Part shown: positions 9,372 through 19,008 of the stretch, one piece after another | Numbering within the stretch: position 1 is the first letter of the stretch | Layout of the letters: each line of letters starts with the position of its first letter | DNA from: Raphidiopsis brookii D9 | GTDB taxonomy: Bacteria; Cyanobacteriota; Cyanobacteriia; Cyanobacteriales; Nostocaceae | Assembly (NCBI GenBank): GCA_000175855.1 | Contig: ACYB01000007.1 | Location: 30,001-62,000 of the forward strand | DNA length: 32,000 bases | Direction: 5' to 3' | Position numbers and translations under genes: made by a program | The notes under the pieces: model-generated | What the model was told of the DNA's origin: nothing | The model's input: only the letters and a program-made list of their open reading frames with translations | The model's database searches: none

Positions 9372-9821
9372 ATGGCACTAATTCGTTACAGTCCTTGGAA
9401 AGAAATAGAAACCCTAGAACGGAATTTGAACCAATTGTTGGGTGATTTTGTACCTACTAGCTTAAAGGATTTAAATACTGTGGCTAGGGTTCCAGCAGCA
9501 GAAATGACTGAAACTGAGGACGCAATTGTTCTCAAGTTAGAAATTCCTGGTATGGAAGCTAAAGACCTGGATATTCAAGTTACGGAGGATTCAGTTTCGA
9601 TTACCGGAGAAAGGAAGTCTCAAACTGCTGTTGAAGGAAAAAACAAAACCAAGACTGAGTTTTATTATGGTCAATTCCACCGAGTTGTTTCCCTTCCCAT
9701 ACCTGTTCAAAATACCAATGTTACTGCTGATTACAAAGATGGTATTTTGCACCTGACTTTGCCCAAATTGGTAGAAGAAAAAAGCAAAGTGGTGAAAGTT
9801 AGTTTAGGTAGTAATTCCTAG
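9372..9821 (+). CDS. hspA: Hsp20/alpha-crystallin family small heat-shock protein
   Basis: The alpha-crystallin core reads PAAEMTETEDAIVLKLEIPGMEAKDLDIQVTEDSVSITGERK...FYYGQFHRVVSLP...DGILHLTLPK. The ATG at 9372 is preceded by GAGGA about 8 nt upstream. The track's 9354 start is a TTG. Confidence 0.9.
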   Translation: MALIRYSPWKEIETLERNLNQLLGDFVPTSLKDLNTVARVPAAEMTETEDAIVLKLEIPGMEAKDLDIQVTEDSVSITGERKSQTAVEGKNKTKTEFYYGQFHRVVSLPIPVQNTNVTADYKDGILHLTLPKLVEEKSKVVKVSLGSNS

Positions 9822-9844
9822 TTCCCAATTCCTAGTTCTTAGTT

Positions 9845-9883
9845 AAAATACCCCCAGGTTCTGATGGAAGCTGGGGGTATTTT
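9845..9883 (+). terminator. Rho-independent terminator downstream of the Hsp20 gene
   Basis: A 13-bp stem pairs aaaatacccccag (9845-9857) with ctgggggtatttt (9871-9883). The T-run continues afterwards into agtttgtgtttt. Confidence 0.75.
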
Positions 9884-9960
9884 AGTTTGTGTTTTCCCTA
9901 CTTGTCTGCTAAACCAGTATAATTACCTCAAGTTTTTAAAAATGTCAGCGTCCTAACCTT

Positions 9961-10872
9961 ATGAATGACCAACAATATGATCACGGTCCAAGAATTACCG
10001 GAAAAACTAAAATTATGGGAGTGATTGGCTATCCCGTGGAGCATTCCCTATCACCCTTGATGCACAATGCAGCTTTGGACCACCTAGGATTAGATTACGT
10101 GTATTTGCCTTTTCCCATTGCACCGGATAATTTACAAGAGGCGATCGCCTGTTTTGCTTCCATTGGTGTGGTTGGTTTTAATGTCACAATTCCTCATAAA
10201 CAGGCAATTATACCTTTATTACATGACCTATCTCCTATTGCTCAAGCTATAGGTGCAGTTAATACGGTAATTCGTGTAGGGGAAAAGTGGGTAGGAACAA
10301 ATACAGATGTAGCAGGATTCATAGCACCACTACAAAGTACATACAATCAAAACTGGCATGAAAAGAAAGCGGTAGTTATAGGCAATGGTGGTGCAGCAAA
10401 AGCAGTGGTTGCTGGTTGTATTCAACTGGGAATGACAGAAATTCACCTAGTAGGTAGAAATATAGAAAAATTAAAACAATTTGAGCAAAGTTGGATAGAT
10501 TCAACCTTAGCTGATAAATTTACTAATAAACTAAAGATCCATAGTTGGGAGAAATTACCACAGCTTATCCCTCAAAGTAACTTATTAGTCAACACTACAC
10601 CTATTGGTATGTACCCAAACATAGATGAATCACCTGTGACTGAAGACCAACTGCATCAATTACCTAGCCATGCGATCGCCTATGACCTAATTTACATTCC
10701 CAAACCAACCCGATTTTTAGAATTAGCACAAACACAGGGTGCGATCGCACTGGATGGACTGGAAATGCTAGTGCAACAAGGTGCAGCAGCTTTAAAACTT
10801 TGGCTACAACAAGAAAATATCAATGTGGAGATCCCCATTGCCAAAATGCAGCAGGTTCTCACAAGTAATTGA
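9961..10872 (+). CDS. aroE: Shikimate dehydrogenase
   Basis: GVIGYPVEHSLSPLMHNAAL, FNVTIPHKQ, GAVNTV, NTDVAGF and the NADP motif IGNGGAAKAV are all present. Confidence 0.9.
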   Translation: MNDQQYDHGPRITGKTKIMGVIGYPVEHSLSPLMHNAALDHLGLDYVYLPFPIAPDNLQEAIACFASIGVVGFNVTIPHKQAIIPLLHDLSPIAQAIGAVNTVIRVGEKWVGTNTDVAGFIAPLQSTYNQNWHEKKAVVIGNGGAAKAVVAGCIQLGMTEIHLVGRNIEKLKQFEQSWIDSTLADKFTNKLKIHSWEKLPQLIPQSNLLVNTTPIGMYPNIDESPVTEDQLHQLPSHAIAYDLIYIPKPTRFLELAQTQGAIALDGLEMLVQQGAAALKLWLQQENINVEIPIAKMQQVLTSN

Positions 10873-10966
10873 AACCTTTGCAGTATTTCTCCTAGAATAG
10901 TATAACTTGGAAAGATATCTATTCCACTAATCAAATAAAATTAATTATTAACACAGGGTATATATA

Positions 10967-12181
10967 ATGGACTTACTCGAGTATCAAGTTAAGGAGTGGT
11001 TTAACAAGATAGGAATTCCCGTATTACCATCTCAAAGAATTGACCACCCCACAGATCTAAAAAGGTTAAAGATCCCCTACCCAATTGTGCTGAAATCCCA
11101 GGTGTATGCCAACGACCGCTCACAAGTGGGCGGAGTCAAAATTGTAGAAACGACTATTGATGCCATTGCAGCTGCTCAAAGTATATTTAGCTTGCCCATT
11201 GGTGGAGAACTACCAAAAGTTTTATTAGCGGAGAGCAAGTATGATGCTCAAGAAGAATTCTACCTAGCAGTAGTTTTAGATACAGTTATTAGTCGTCCTG
11301 TGCTTTTAGGGTGTAGATACATAGATTGGCAGTCTCCCGGAGAGAACATGCAATACGTGGTTGTGGAACAAGAGTTTTCGCCATTTTATGCCAGAAGACT
11401 AGCATATTTCATGGGTTTAAGGGGCGAACTAATGCAGTCCGTCAGCGACATTGTGACAAAAATGTATCATTTATTTTTGCACAAAGACTTAGACTTGGTG
11501 GAAATTAATCCTCTTGGGATAAGTTCATCTTGTCAAGTAATGACACTTAATGGCAAAATTAGAGTTAATGAAAGGGCTATTAATCGTCATCCAGACATAG
11601 CTGACATAGCAACTAAAATAGCACGCGATCCTGGGAGCAAAAGAATAAATGGCATGTTGGTTGATATGCTGGGTTGGAATAACCAAGGGGAGATTGGTAT
11701 ATTAGCCAATGGTAACGGTTCCGCTTTAACCACCTGGGATGCAGTGGTAGCTGCAGGAGGTAAACCTGCGGTCTCCTTAAATTTACGACATTCTTGGTCG
11801 AACCATACAGAACCGACAAAATTTAGTCAACGCATGGAAACTGGACTCAGGGTTTTGGCTGGTGATCGCAATGTTCAGGTTATTCTCATTAATTTGCTAG
11901 GTACCATTCCAGAACTCTCGGAAATACCAAGAGTGATGACTGATTTTATGGCATTGCAGTTGGAAGAACTTAGATGCTTTTTAAATACCCCTCATAAAAC
12001 CCTCCCCCAGCGCTTACCCAAAATAGTCATGCGCCTAGCTGGTAATGATTTTCAAGTGGCTAGGAAGTCATTACTATCTATCCTACAACTGCAAAGCGAA
12101 AATTTCATCTTGGTTGAAAATTTGGATGTAGCTGTTAAGGAAGCATTAAGTTTAACCAAATCACCAGTGTATAGAAAATAG
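10967..12181 (+). CDS. sucC: Succinyl-CoA synthetase beta-subunit-like ATP-grasp protein (divergent)
   Basis: The N-terminus MDLLEYQVKEWFNKIGIPV parallels E. coli SucC MNLHEYQAKQLFARYGLP. Co-linear motifs include LVEINPL and GILANGNGSALTTWD. Several glycine motifs are substituted (see findings). Confidence 0.6.
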   Translation: MDLLEYQVKEWFNKIGIPVLPSQRIDHPTDLKRLKIPYPIVLKSQVYANDRSQVGGVKIVETTIDAIAAAQSIFSLPIGGELPKVLLAESKYDAQEEFYLAVVLDTVISRPVLLGCRYIDWQSPGENMQYVVVEQEFSPFYARRLAYFMGLRGELMQSVSDIVTKMYHLFLHKDLDLVEINPLGISSSCQVMTLNGKIRVNERAINRHPDIADIATKIARDPGSKRINGMLVDMLGWNNQGEIGILANGNGSALTTWDAVVAAGGKPAVSLNLRHSWSNHTEPTKFSQRMETGLRVLAGDRNVQVILINLLGTIPELSEIPRVMTDFMALQLEELRCFLNTPHKTLPQRLPKIVMRLAGNDFQVARKSLLSILQLQSENFILVENLDVAVKEALSLTKSPVYRK

Positions 12182-12229
12182 CCGTACTAACTCTCTTCAA
12201 AGAAAGTTTCTAAGTTTTATAAGGAGTTT

Positions 12230-13117
12230 ATGAACTTAAAGCCAGATAGTAAAGTTTTAATTCAAGGGTTTTCGGAGTTGATATCCACAACCCATATTGA
12301 CCAAATGAAATCATACTATGGTACTAATTTGGTCGCTGGGGTTGATCCCGGTCATGGTGGCATAATGGCACACAATTTGCCAGTTTTTGATTTAGTGGAA
12401 GAGGTGGTATCAAGTTTTGGGACAATTGATACAACAATTATTAGCGTACATCCTTATCAAGTGTTAGATGCTGCACTAGAGGCGATCGCCTCTAACATTT
12501 CCCAGATCATTATTATCTCTGCGGGGGTGCCACCTCTGGATATGGTGGCATTGTTGAGGAAAACAGAAAACCATGAAATCCTAATTGTTGGGCCTAATAG
12601 TCCGGGGATCATTGTGCCAGGGAAGATTCTCCTGGGCATCCAGCCCAGTGAATTTTATACTCCTGGTAATGTAGGTATTGTCAGTCGCAGCAGTACCCTT
12701 ACCTACGAGGTAGCTTGGGAACTAACTAAATCTGGGTTAGGTCAGTCTATTAGCGTGAGTATTGGTAGTGATGCAATTGTAGGTTCTTCTTTTTCTCAAT
12801 GGTTACAAATTCTAGATGAGGATGAAAATACGGAAGCAATAGTTTTAGTTGGTCAACCGGGAGGTGAAAGTGAGGAGGTAGCTGCCAAATACATATCAAC
12901 AGCTATTGATAAGCCAGTAGTTGCTTATATTGCTGGTAGACATGCACCACCTTCTAAATCTTGGCACCAATCAGGCAATTTTGCCACTGTGGTCAAACGT
13001 GATCCTGACTTTGGCAGTGTTTCCAGTAAGTTAAGCACCTTTAGTAATGCCCAAATACCTGTTGCCGAATATACTCAGCAAATTCCCCAGTTGCTGATAA
13101 AAGCCATGAAGTGGTAA
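12230..13117 (+). CDS. sucD: Succinyl-CoA synthetase alpha-subunit-like CoA-binding protein (divergent)
   Basis: VLIQGF, GVDPGHGG, LPVFD, GPNSPGII, IGIQP, VGIVSRSSTLTYE and TEAIVLVGQPGGESEE are co-linear with E. coli SucD. A strong AAGGAG Shine-Dalgarno sequence lies 5 nt before the ATG. Confidence 0.6.
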   Translation: MNLKPDSKVLIQGFSELISTTHIDQMKSYYGTNLVAGVDPGHGGIMAHNLPVFDLVEEVVSSFGTIDTTIISVHPYQVLDAALEAIASNISQIIIISAGVPPLDMVALLRKTENHEILIVGPNSPGIIVPGKILLGIQPSEFYTPGNVGIVSRSSTLTYEVAWELTKSGLGQSISVSIGSDAIVGSSFSQWLQILDEDENTEAIVLVGQPGGESEEVAAKYISTAIDKPVVAYIAGRHAPPSKSWHQSGNFATVVKRDPDFGSVSSKLSTFSNAQIPVAEYTQQIPQLLIKAMKW

Positions 13118-13182
13118 GAATTGATGAATTTTCTGCAAATTTCTGGTAGTTTAAGTGATCAAACGGATGTAACTATGATATC

Positions 13183-15051
13183 ATGTCTCTTATTCTGAAA
13201 TTTCACTTAAAAAACAGTTTCCACCCCATCAGGGAATACCGCAACTACTCCTATAATCAGACCATGAACGGGACAGAACAAAAATTATCATCCAGGGATC
13301 TACTGCAACAAACTAACACATCAACTCACTATTGGGTGTCAATGCCTAAACCAGAAAATCACCTATTTGAGGTGAATCTGCACATTGACAACTACCCCGG
13401 ACTAGTGGTTGATTTGAAAATGCCTGTATGGACACCAGGGTCATACCTGGTGCGAGAATATGCTAAAAACCTACAGGACTTTACCGCATTTGCTGGTTCC
13501 AAACCTTTAGCGTGGAAGAAGGTTAGTAAAAATCACTGGCAAGTAGAAAAAGGTAAAGCTAATCAAGTGGTTGTACGCTATCGTATTTTTGCCCACGAAC
13601 TGTCGGTACGCACAAATTACCTGGATGCTACCCATGGTTATTTTAACGGCGCAGGGATGTTTTTTAGAATTCCTGGTTGGGAACAAAAGCCAATTTACAT
13701 TACTGTGGTCACACCTAATCCGCAATGGCAAGTAACTACCGCTTTACCACTAGTTAACCAAGAGGCAAATACCTTTTTAGCAGATAATTTCGATACTCTG
13801 ATTGATAGTCCTTTTGAAATTGGTAATCATCAGTTGTATCACTTCCAGGTAGGGGATAAACCTCATGAGTTAGCAATTTGGGGGAGAGGAAATTATCAAA
13901 TCAAACAGGTACTAGATGATTTACAAAAAATTATCACCTGTGAGGCGCAAATATTCGGGGGGTTACCCTATGAAAGATATGTATTTATCCTCCACTTAAG
14001 CCATGATCTTTATGGAGGTCTAGAGCATAAAAATTCCTGTTCCTTAATTTATGATAGGTTAGGATTTAGGGGTAAGGAAAAATATGAAAGATTCATGCAG
14101 TTGTTAGCCCATGAATTCTTTCATCTGTGGAATGTCAAAAGAATTCGTCCCCGGGAGTTACAAAGTTTTGATTATGACCAGGAGAACTATACAGCTTCTT
14201 TATGGTTTTGCGAAGGGATTACCAGTTACTATGATTTACTAATTCCTTTTCAAGCAGGAATTTATGACGCTAGGTCTTATTTACATCATTTGAGTCAGCA
14301 AATTACTAGATATCTCACTACTCCAGGGCGTTATGTCCAACCTCTGAGTGAATCTAGTTTTGATGCTTGGATTAAGTTATATCGCCCCTCTCCTAATAGT
14401 CGAAATTCTCAAATTTCTTACTATTTAAAAGGCGAAATGGTCGCCTTGTTATTAGATTTGCTCATTCGCCATCAAAATCAAAATAGACTTTCTTTAAATG
14501 ATGTGATGGTGCAAATGTGGCAGAAATTTGGCATACAGGAAACTGGTTATACTACCCAAGATTTAAAACAAGTCATTGAGCAGGTAGCCCAAATAGATTT
14601 ATCTGACTTCTTTAAACAATATATAGATGGTCTAGACCATTTACCATTCCTCAAGTATTTAGAACCTTTTGGGTTGACACTAGTCGAGCATTCCGAGTCC
14701 TCACCTTATCTGGGAATTAGGGTGGAACCGGAAAATGGAAGGGAAACTATTAAGTTTGTAGAAGCTCAGTCCCCCGCTAGTACAGCAGGATTAGATGTGG
14801 GTGATGAACTGTTAGCTATTGATGGGATTAAGGTAGGTGTAAATCAACTAGGTCATCGGTTACAAGACTATCAACCCAAGGACACCATTGAAATCACGGT
14901 TTTTCACCAGGATGAATTGCGGAACTACAAGGTGACCTTGGGCAAACCACGTCCCCAAAAGTATCAATTACGTCCAGTGGAAAATCCTAGTACCAGTCAA
15001 AAGGACAATTTTGAGGGTTGGCTAGGAGTACCAATTAATATGGTTCAGTGA
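13183..15051 (+). CDS. M61 family (glycyl aminopeptidase-like) metallopeptidase with a C-terminal PDZ domain
   Basis: The HExxH motif reads [10 protein letters not shown] and the downstream [10 protein letters not shown] is present. The C-terminal PDZ-like segment reads [22 protein letters not shown]. The start is uncertain; an alternative ATG lies at 13264. Confidence 0.8.
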   Translation: MSLILKFHLKNSFHPIREYRNYSYNQTMNGTEQKLSSRDLLQQTNTSTHYWVSMPKPENHLFEVNLHIDNYPGLVVDLKMPVWTPGSYLVREYAKNLQDFTAFAGSKPLAWKKVSKNHWQVEKGKANQVVVRYRIFAHELSVRTNYLDATHGYFNGAGMFFRIPGWEQKPIYITVVTPNPQWQVTTALPLVNQEANTFLADNFDTLIDSPFEIGNHQLYHFQVGDKPHELAIWGRGNYQIKQVLDDLQKIITCEAQIFGGLPYERYVFILHLSHDLYGGLEHKNSCSLIYDRLGFRGKEKYERFMQLLAHEFFHLWNVKRIRPRELQSFDYDQENYTASLWFCEGITSYYDLLIPFQAGIYDARSYLHHLSQQITRYLTTPGRYVQPLSESSFDAWIKLYRPSPNSRNSQISYYLKGEMVALLLDLLIRHQNQNRLSLNDVMVQMWQKFGIQETGYTTQDLKQVIEQVAQIDLSDFFKQYIDGLDHLPFLKYLEPFGLTLVEHSESSPYLGIRVEPENGRETIKFVEAQSPASTAGLDVGDELLAIDGIKVGVNQLGHRLQDYQPKDTIEITVFHQDELRNYKVTLGKPRPQKYQLRPVENPSTSQKDNFEGWLGVPINMVQ

Positions 15052-15680
15052 GCATTGTGACTTGTCAAAATCCCTGGCTGCTTCTGTAGGGGTAAAATGT
15101 CTAAAATGTCTACTTGAGAACAATATTTTAAGTCCTCTACACATTCTAGACGTAATAATCTTTTACCATGGCTGGCTTGATGAAATAATCCTATTAAATT
15201 ATCTTGCCATTGTTCATAAAGAGCGATCGCACTCGTAACTTCATCATTACCGGCAATTTCATCTAACTCTAAACCGGTTTTCTGCCAAACACTATGGGCG
15301 ATCGCACCTGCACAAACAGTATCTTCTAGGGAGAAACTCCCCTCCCACCCCGAACCAACTATCCAGATGGTTTGGGGTTGTTTCTCCAATAAAAACTCGA
15401 CTACCGCAGAGCGATTGATTAGGGCTGCTGCTAAAACAATCGGGGCATCTTCTATTCTTTTTAGGGCACGGGTGCCATTGGTGGTACTAATAAATAAACG
15501 TCTCCCTTCCACTAGTTCTGCTGTGCAATCCAGGGGGGAATTACCTAATTCAAACCCAGCTACCTTACCACCACCTCGTTCTCCAGCCCGTAATCGCTTT
15601 TGTGCAGGCCATTGTTCGCTAACCTCTATTAGTTCATTTAGGTCAGAAAAAACCTGTACAGCCTCGCCACCAGCAGCCAA
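15045..15680 (-). CDS. comB: 2-phosphosulfolactate phosphatase family protein (ComB). The homologous reading frame continues upstream to about 15779 without a canonical start codon.
   Basis: ComB-family body: ...[10 protein letters not shown]...NGTRAL.... The upstream in-frame extension encodes [17 protein letters not shown], the conserved family N-terminal motif, ahead of the first TTG at 15680. Confidence 0.7.
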   Translation of the reverse strand: MAAGGEAVQVFSDLNELIEVSEQWPAQKRLRAGERGGGKVAGFELGNSPLDCTAELVEGRRLFISTTNGTRALKRIEDAPIVLAAALINRSAVVEFLLEKQPQTIWIVGSGWEGSFSLEDTVCAGAIAHSVWQKTGLELDEIAGNDEVTSAIALYEQWQDNLIGLFHQASHGKRLLRLECVEDLKYCSQVDILDILPLQKQPGILTSHNAH

Positions 15681-15842
15681 TACCGTAGCTATAGTGCTAG
15701 TGGCGCGTAGAACATCGACGGCGATCGCACATTGTGGTATTCCCCTGTGGGTGTTAATTCTGGAGTATGATATACAAATATCTTCACGGACTAGATATAC
15801 CTACCTTAATAATACTATTGTTTATTGTACTTGCTGAGCGTC

Positions 15843-16436
15843 CTAGGGTAATTTTACCTCATCGGAGAAATTTCCCCAACGGACAAAGTGAAATGGCCCA
15901 GCGAGGGAACCCCAAACATGTTGATCAGTTTCTAAATCCCTTCCCCTGTCCCAGCTGAGGAATTTTTGGTCATCTATCTGAAATTTACTATCTAAATAGG
16001 TTTTTTGTCCTTTGCGAAATACTAGACAATTCTTACCTGATTCCACAGTACCAGTAAAGCAGTTACCAGTCCACTCCACCCGCATATTACAACCACATAG
16101 TTTTTCCAGGCGATCGGCAGTTAAATTTTGTAATTTACCCAAATCCCGAGATGATCCATAAAAATCCTTCTCATCTTTGACCGTATAGTTTTCAATGATA
16201 ATTTGCCCTTCTTCAACCAATAACTTTAAGACTCGAACACGATAGGGATCTTTGAGATCATAATCATAAGCTTGTTCAACAAAAAGACTGACTCCAGATA
16301 GGAGAGAATAAGCTAAAGGACGCATACAGACACGAATATGGGCATATAGAGGCGGATTTTCAAAAGCTTGAGCTTGATTGCTGAAATCCGCTGCCATCCA
16401 ACGAGCTAAGGTAAGAAGATCTTGAGAATGGGTCAT
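15843..16436 (-). CDS. cpcT: Phycobiliprotein chromophore lyase CpcT/CpeT
   Basis: The N-terminus MTHSQDLLTLARWMAADFSNQAQAFENPPLYAHIRVCMRPL is the typical CpcT start. The ATG at 16436 is preferred over the GTG at 16457. Confidence 0.85.
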   Translation of the reverse strand: MTHSQDLLTLARWMAADFSNQAQAFENPPLYAHIRVCMRPLAYSLLSGVSLFVEQAYDYDLKDPYRVRVLKLLVEEGQIIIENYTVKDEKDFYGSSRDLGKLQNLTADRLEKLCGCNMRVEWTGNCFTGTVESGKNCLVFRKGQKTYLDSKFQIDDQKFLSWDRGRDLETDQHVWGSLAGPFHFVRWGNFSDEVKLP

Positions 16437-16610
16437 AGGATATGTTAATAGAACCACTTAAACCACTTATAGTTTACATGGGTAGCTTACATAGAGAAGT
16501 AGGAAGAATTCTATTTCTTTTGTAGGTTAGGCTATAATGTGGCCAGAGCCCAATTAAATTAGATGATCAAGTCAATATGACTGTGAATAAGAAATATATC
16601 AGAGATGTAA

Positions 16611-18062
16611 ATGATCAAAAATTTAGATAAAAAAACTTGGGCCCATGCCATATCCCAACCAGCAAAAGAATTTCCCCTCTCTCAATTACCTATAATTAGC
16701 GGTAAAATTCCCCAGGGTTTGCGAGGTACATTATACCGCAACGGTCCGGGGAGATTACAAAGGGGAAATATATGTGTGGGACACTGGTTTGATGGGGATG
16801 GAGCCATTTTAGCAGTTCACTTCCGTGATGAAGGTGCTAGGGCGGTTTATCGTTATGTAGAGACCAGGGGATATCAAGAAGAAACTCAAGCAGATAAGTT
16901 TCTTTACGGTAATTATGGTATGACAGCACCCGGTATGATTTGGCATAAGTGGCGAAGACCCGTTAAAAATGCTGCTAATACTTCAGTTTTGGCATTACCA
17001 GATCAACTTTTAGCCCTTTGGGAGGGTGATCATCCCCATGCTTTAGATTTAGAGAACTTAGAAACCAAGGGTTTAACTAATTTGGGAGGGTTAACCGAGG
17101 GAAAAGCTTATTCTGCTCATCCCAAAGTTGACTATCAAACGGGAGAAATATTTAACTTTGGGGTGAATATTGGCACTAATTTTGGCATTGGTTCCCCAGG
17201 GAGTGGTATCCTAAATGTTTATAAAAGTGATTTCACTGGTAGAATCATTAAACATGCCCAGTTTGATTTAACCCAATTTAGCCTAATTCATGATTTTGTT
17301 TTAGCAGGAAAATATTTAGTATTTTTCATCCCACCCGTACAGTTAAATATCTGGTCGGTAGTATTGGGAATTAGTAGTTATAGTCAGGCTTTGACTTGGC
17401 AACCACATATAGGAACCCAGATCATTGTTATTGATAGAGAAAATTTATCTTTAGTTAGTCGAGGAGAAACCGAATCCTGGTTTCAGTGGCATTTTAGTAA
17501 TGGCTATGTTGATAATAGAGGTATAGTAATTATTGACTTTGCCAAATATGCTGATTTCCAGACTAATGAATATTTACGGGAAGTAGCAACCGGAAAAGTA
17601 AAAACAACAGCCAAAACTACCTTTACCAGAGTAGAACTCAACCCCCAAACTGGAAGAATTAAACAACTAGCGACTTTATTAAATAGAACCTGTGAATTTC
17701 CTAGTGTCCCCAGCAAAAATGTTGGCAAATTTTCACCCGCCACATACATGTCCATTTTTAAAGAAGGAACGGAGACACAAGGAGAGATATTAAATAGCAT
17801 GGCTAAATTTGACCATGAGAATGGTATTTTAACTGAAGCCAACCTAGGTTTAAACTGCTATCCGTCAGAACCTATTTATGTTGAAGATCGAACAAATTCT
17901 GACAGAGGTTGGGTATTAACAGTGGTTTATGATGGCAATAGCCATAGTAGCAAAATCTGCATATTCGACAGTCATGGAATGAACGAAGAACCAATTTGTC
18001 AACTTGCTTTACCTTCCGTAATTCCCCATAGTTTTCATGGAACTTGGAAACCAGATAAATAA
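16611..18062 (+). CDS. Carotenoid cleavage oxygenase (apocarotenoid-15,15'-oxygenase-like, RPE65/CCD family)
   Basis: LRGTLYRNGPG, HWFDGDGAI, LLALWEGDHPH, YSAHPKVD, LIHDF and the C-terminal HSFHGTW match the family layout, including the four iron-ligand His regions. Confidence 0.85.
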   Translation: MIKNLDKKTWAHAISQPAKEFPLSQLPIISGKIPQGLRGTLYRNGPGRLQRGNICVGHWFDGDGAILAVHFRDEGARAVYRYVETRGYQEETQADKFLYGNYGMTAPGMIWHKWRRPVKNAANTSVLALPDQLLALWEGDHPHALDLENLETKGLTNLGGLTEGKAYSAHPKVDYQTGEIFNFGVNIGTNFGIGSPGSGILNVYKSDFTGRIIKHAQFDLTQFSLIHDFVLAGKYLVFFIPPVQLNIWSVVLGISSYSQALTWQPHIGTQIIVIDRENLSLVSRGETESWFQWHFSNGYVDNRGIVIIDFAKYADFQTNEYLREVATGKVKTTAKTTFTRVELNPQTGRIKQLATLLNRTCEFPSVPSKNVGKFSPATYMSIFKEGTETQGEILNSMAKFDHENGILTEANLGLNCYPSEPIYVEDRTNSDRGWVLTVVYDGNSHSSKICIFDSHGMNEEPICQLALPSVIPHSFHGTWKPDK

Positions 18063-18072
18063 TTAAATGTAA

Positions 18073-18921
18073 ATGAAATCAATGTTGAAAATGCAGGATG
18101 TAAAAACTGAAAAGGCGGGGTGGTCTCTTACACATAGAGATCCCCAATTTATTGCCAAGATGATGCCATTATTAGCAATTTTATATAATTGCTATTTCCG
18201 AGTAGAAACCAGTGGTTGGGAAAATATTCCAGAAGGAAAAATTTTGGTTGTTGGTTCTCACAATGGGGGTTTAGCATCTCCGGATACATCTATGATGATG
18301 TATGACTGGTTACGTCGATTTGGGACTGAAAGGCTGATTTATGGTTTAATGCATCCAAAAGTATGGGAGGTTTTTCCCCCAGCAGCTGAAATAGCTATGA
18401 AGGGAGGTGCAATCCGAGCCCATCCTAAAATGGCTTATGCAGCATTTCGTGCAGGTGCAAGTGTTTTAGTTTATCCTGGTGGTGCAGAGGATGTATTCCG
18501 TCCACACCAGATGCGAGATAAAATCTATTTTGCCCAAAGACGGGGTTTTATTAAATTAGCACTACGAGAGAATGTCCCCATTGTTCCAGCTATTTCCTGG
18601 GGATCCCACGATACCTTGATTGTATTAACTGATTTATATCAAATCATGGCCCGGTTTCATCAGTGGGGAATGCCATGGTTATTTGATGTTGACCCTATAG
18701 TTTTCCCTTTGTATTTGGGTCTACCCTGGGGTTTAGCCCTGGGCCCACTACCAAATATTCCTTTACCTGCTAAAATACATACTAGAGTTTGTCCACCAAT
18801 TATATTTGAAAGATATGGAAAAGATGCTGTTAGTGATGTGAGTTATGTCAATGAATGTTATGAACTGGTTAGTAACCAGATGCAGAGAGAATTGAACCAA
18901 TTGATCAAGCAAGCTAGTTAG
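18073..18921 (+). CDS. DGAT2/phytyl-ester-synthase-type acyltransferase (lysophospholipid acyltransferase superfamily)
   Basis: RRGFIKLALRENVPIVPAISWG matches the DGAT2-family motif RxGFxKxAxxxGxxLVPxxxFGE. VYPGGAEDVFRP resembles the PES/ELT acyltransferase domain. The gene starts 10 nt after the oxygenase stop. Confidence 0.6.
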   Translation: MKSMLKMQDVKTEKAGWSLTHRDPQFIAKMMPLLAILYNCYFRVETSGWENIPEGKILVVGSHNGGLASPDTSMMMYDWLRRFGTERLIYGLMHPKVWEVFPPAAEIAMKGGAIRAHPKMAYAAFRAGASVLVYPGGAEDVFRPHQMRDKIYFAQRRGFIKLALRENVPIVPAISWGSHDTLIVLTDLYQIMARFHQWGMPWLFDVDPIVFPLYLGLPWGLALGPLPNIPLPAKIHTRVCPPIIFERYGKDAVSDVSYVNECYELVSNQMQRELNQLIKQAS

Positions 18922-19008
18922 GAGAGAGTTTAATGGTATGATACTCCAATTGATTGCTCAAACCCTTATTCGTAAAAACCACTTGTAAACTATACTTGTA
19001 AATTAACT

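Noticed and set aside
9813-9840. 14-bp tandem duplication (aattcctagttcNN x2) spanning the Hsp20 stop codon
   Set aside because: There are only two copies and the repeat is very short. It lies between the stop codon and the terminator, most likely a slippage scar without function.
15367-15837. 156-aa plus-strand ORF opposite comB
   Set aside because: It is antisense to the ComB reading frame, whose conserved motifs are clear. The translation is Ala/Ser/Arg-rich and low in complexity, with no start context or recognisable domain.
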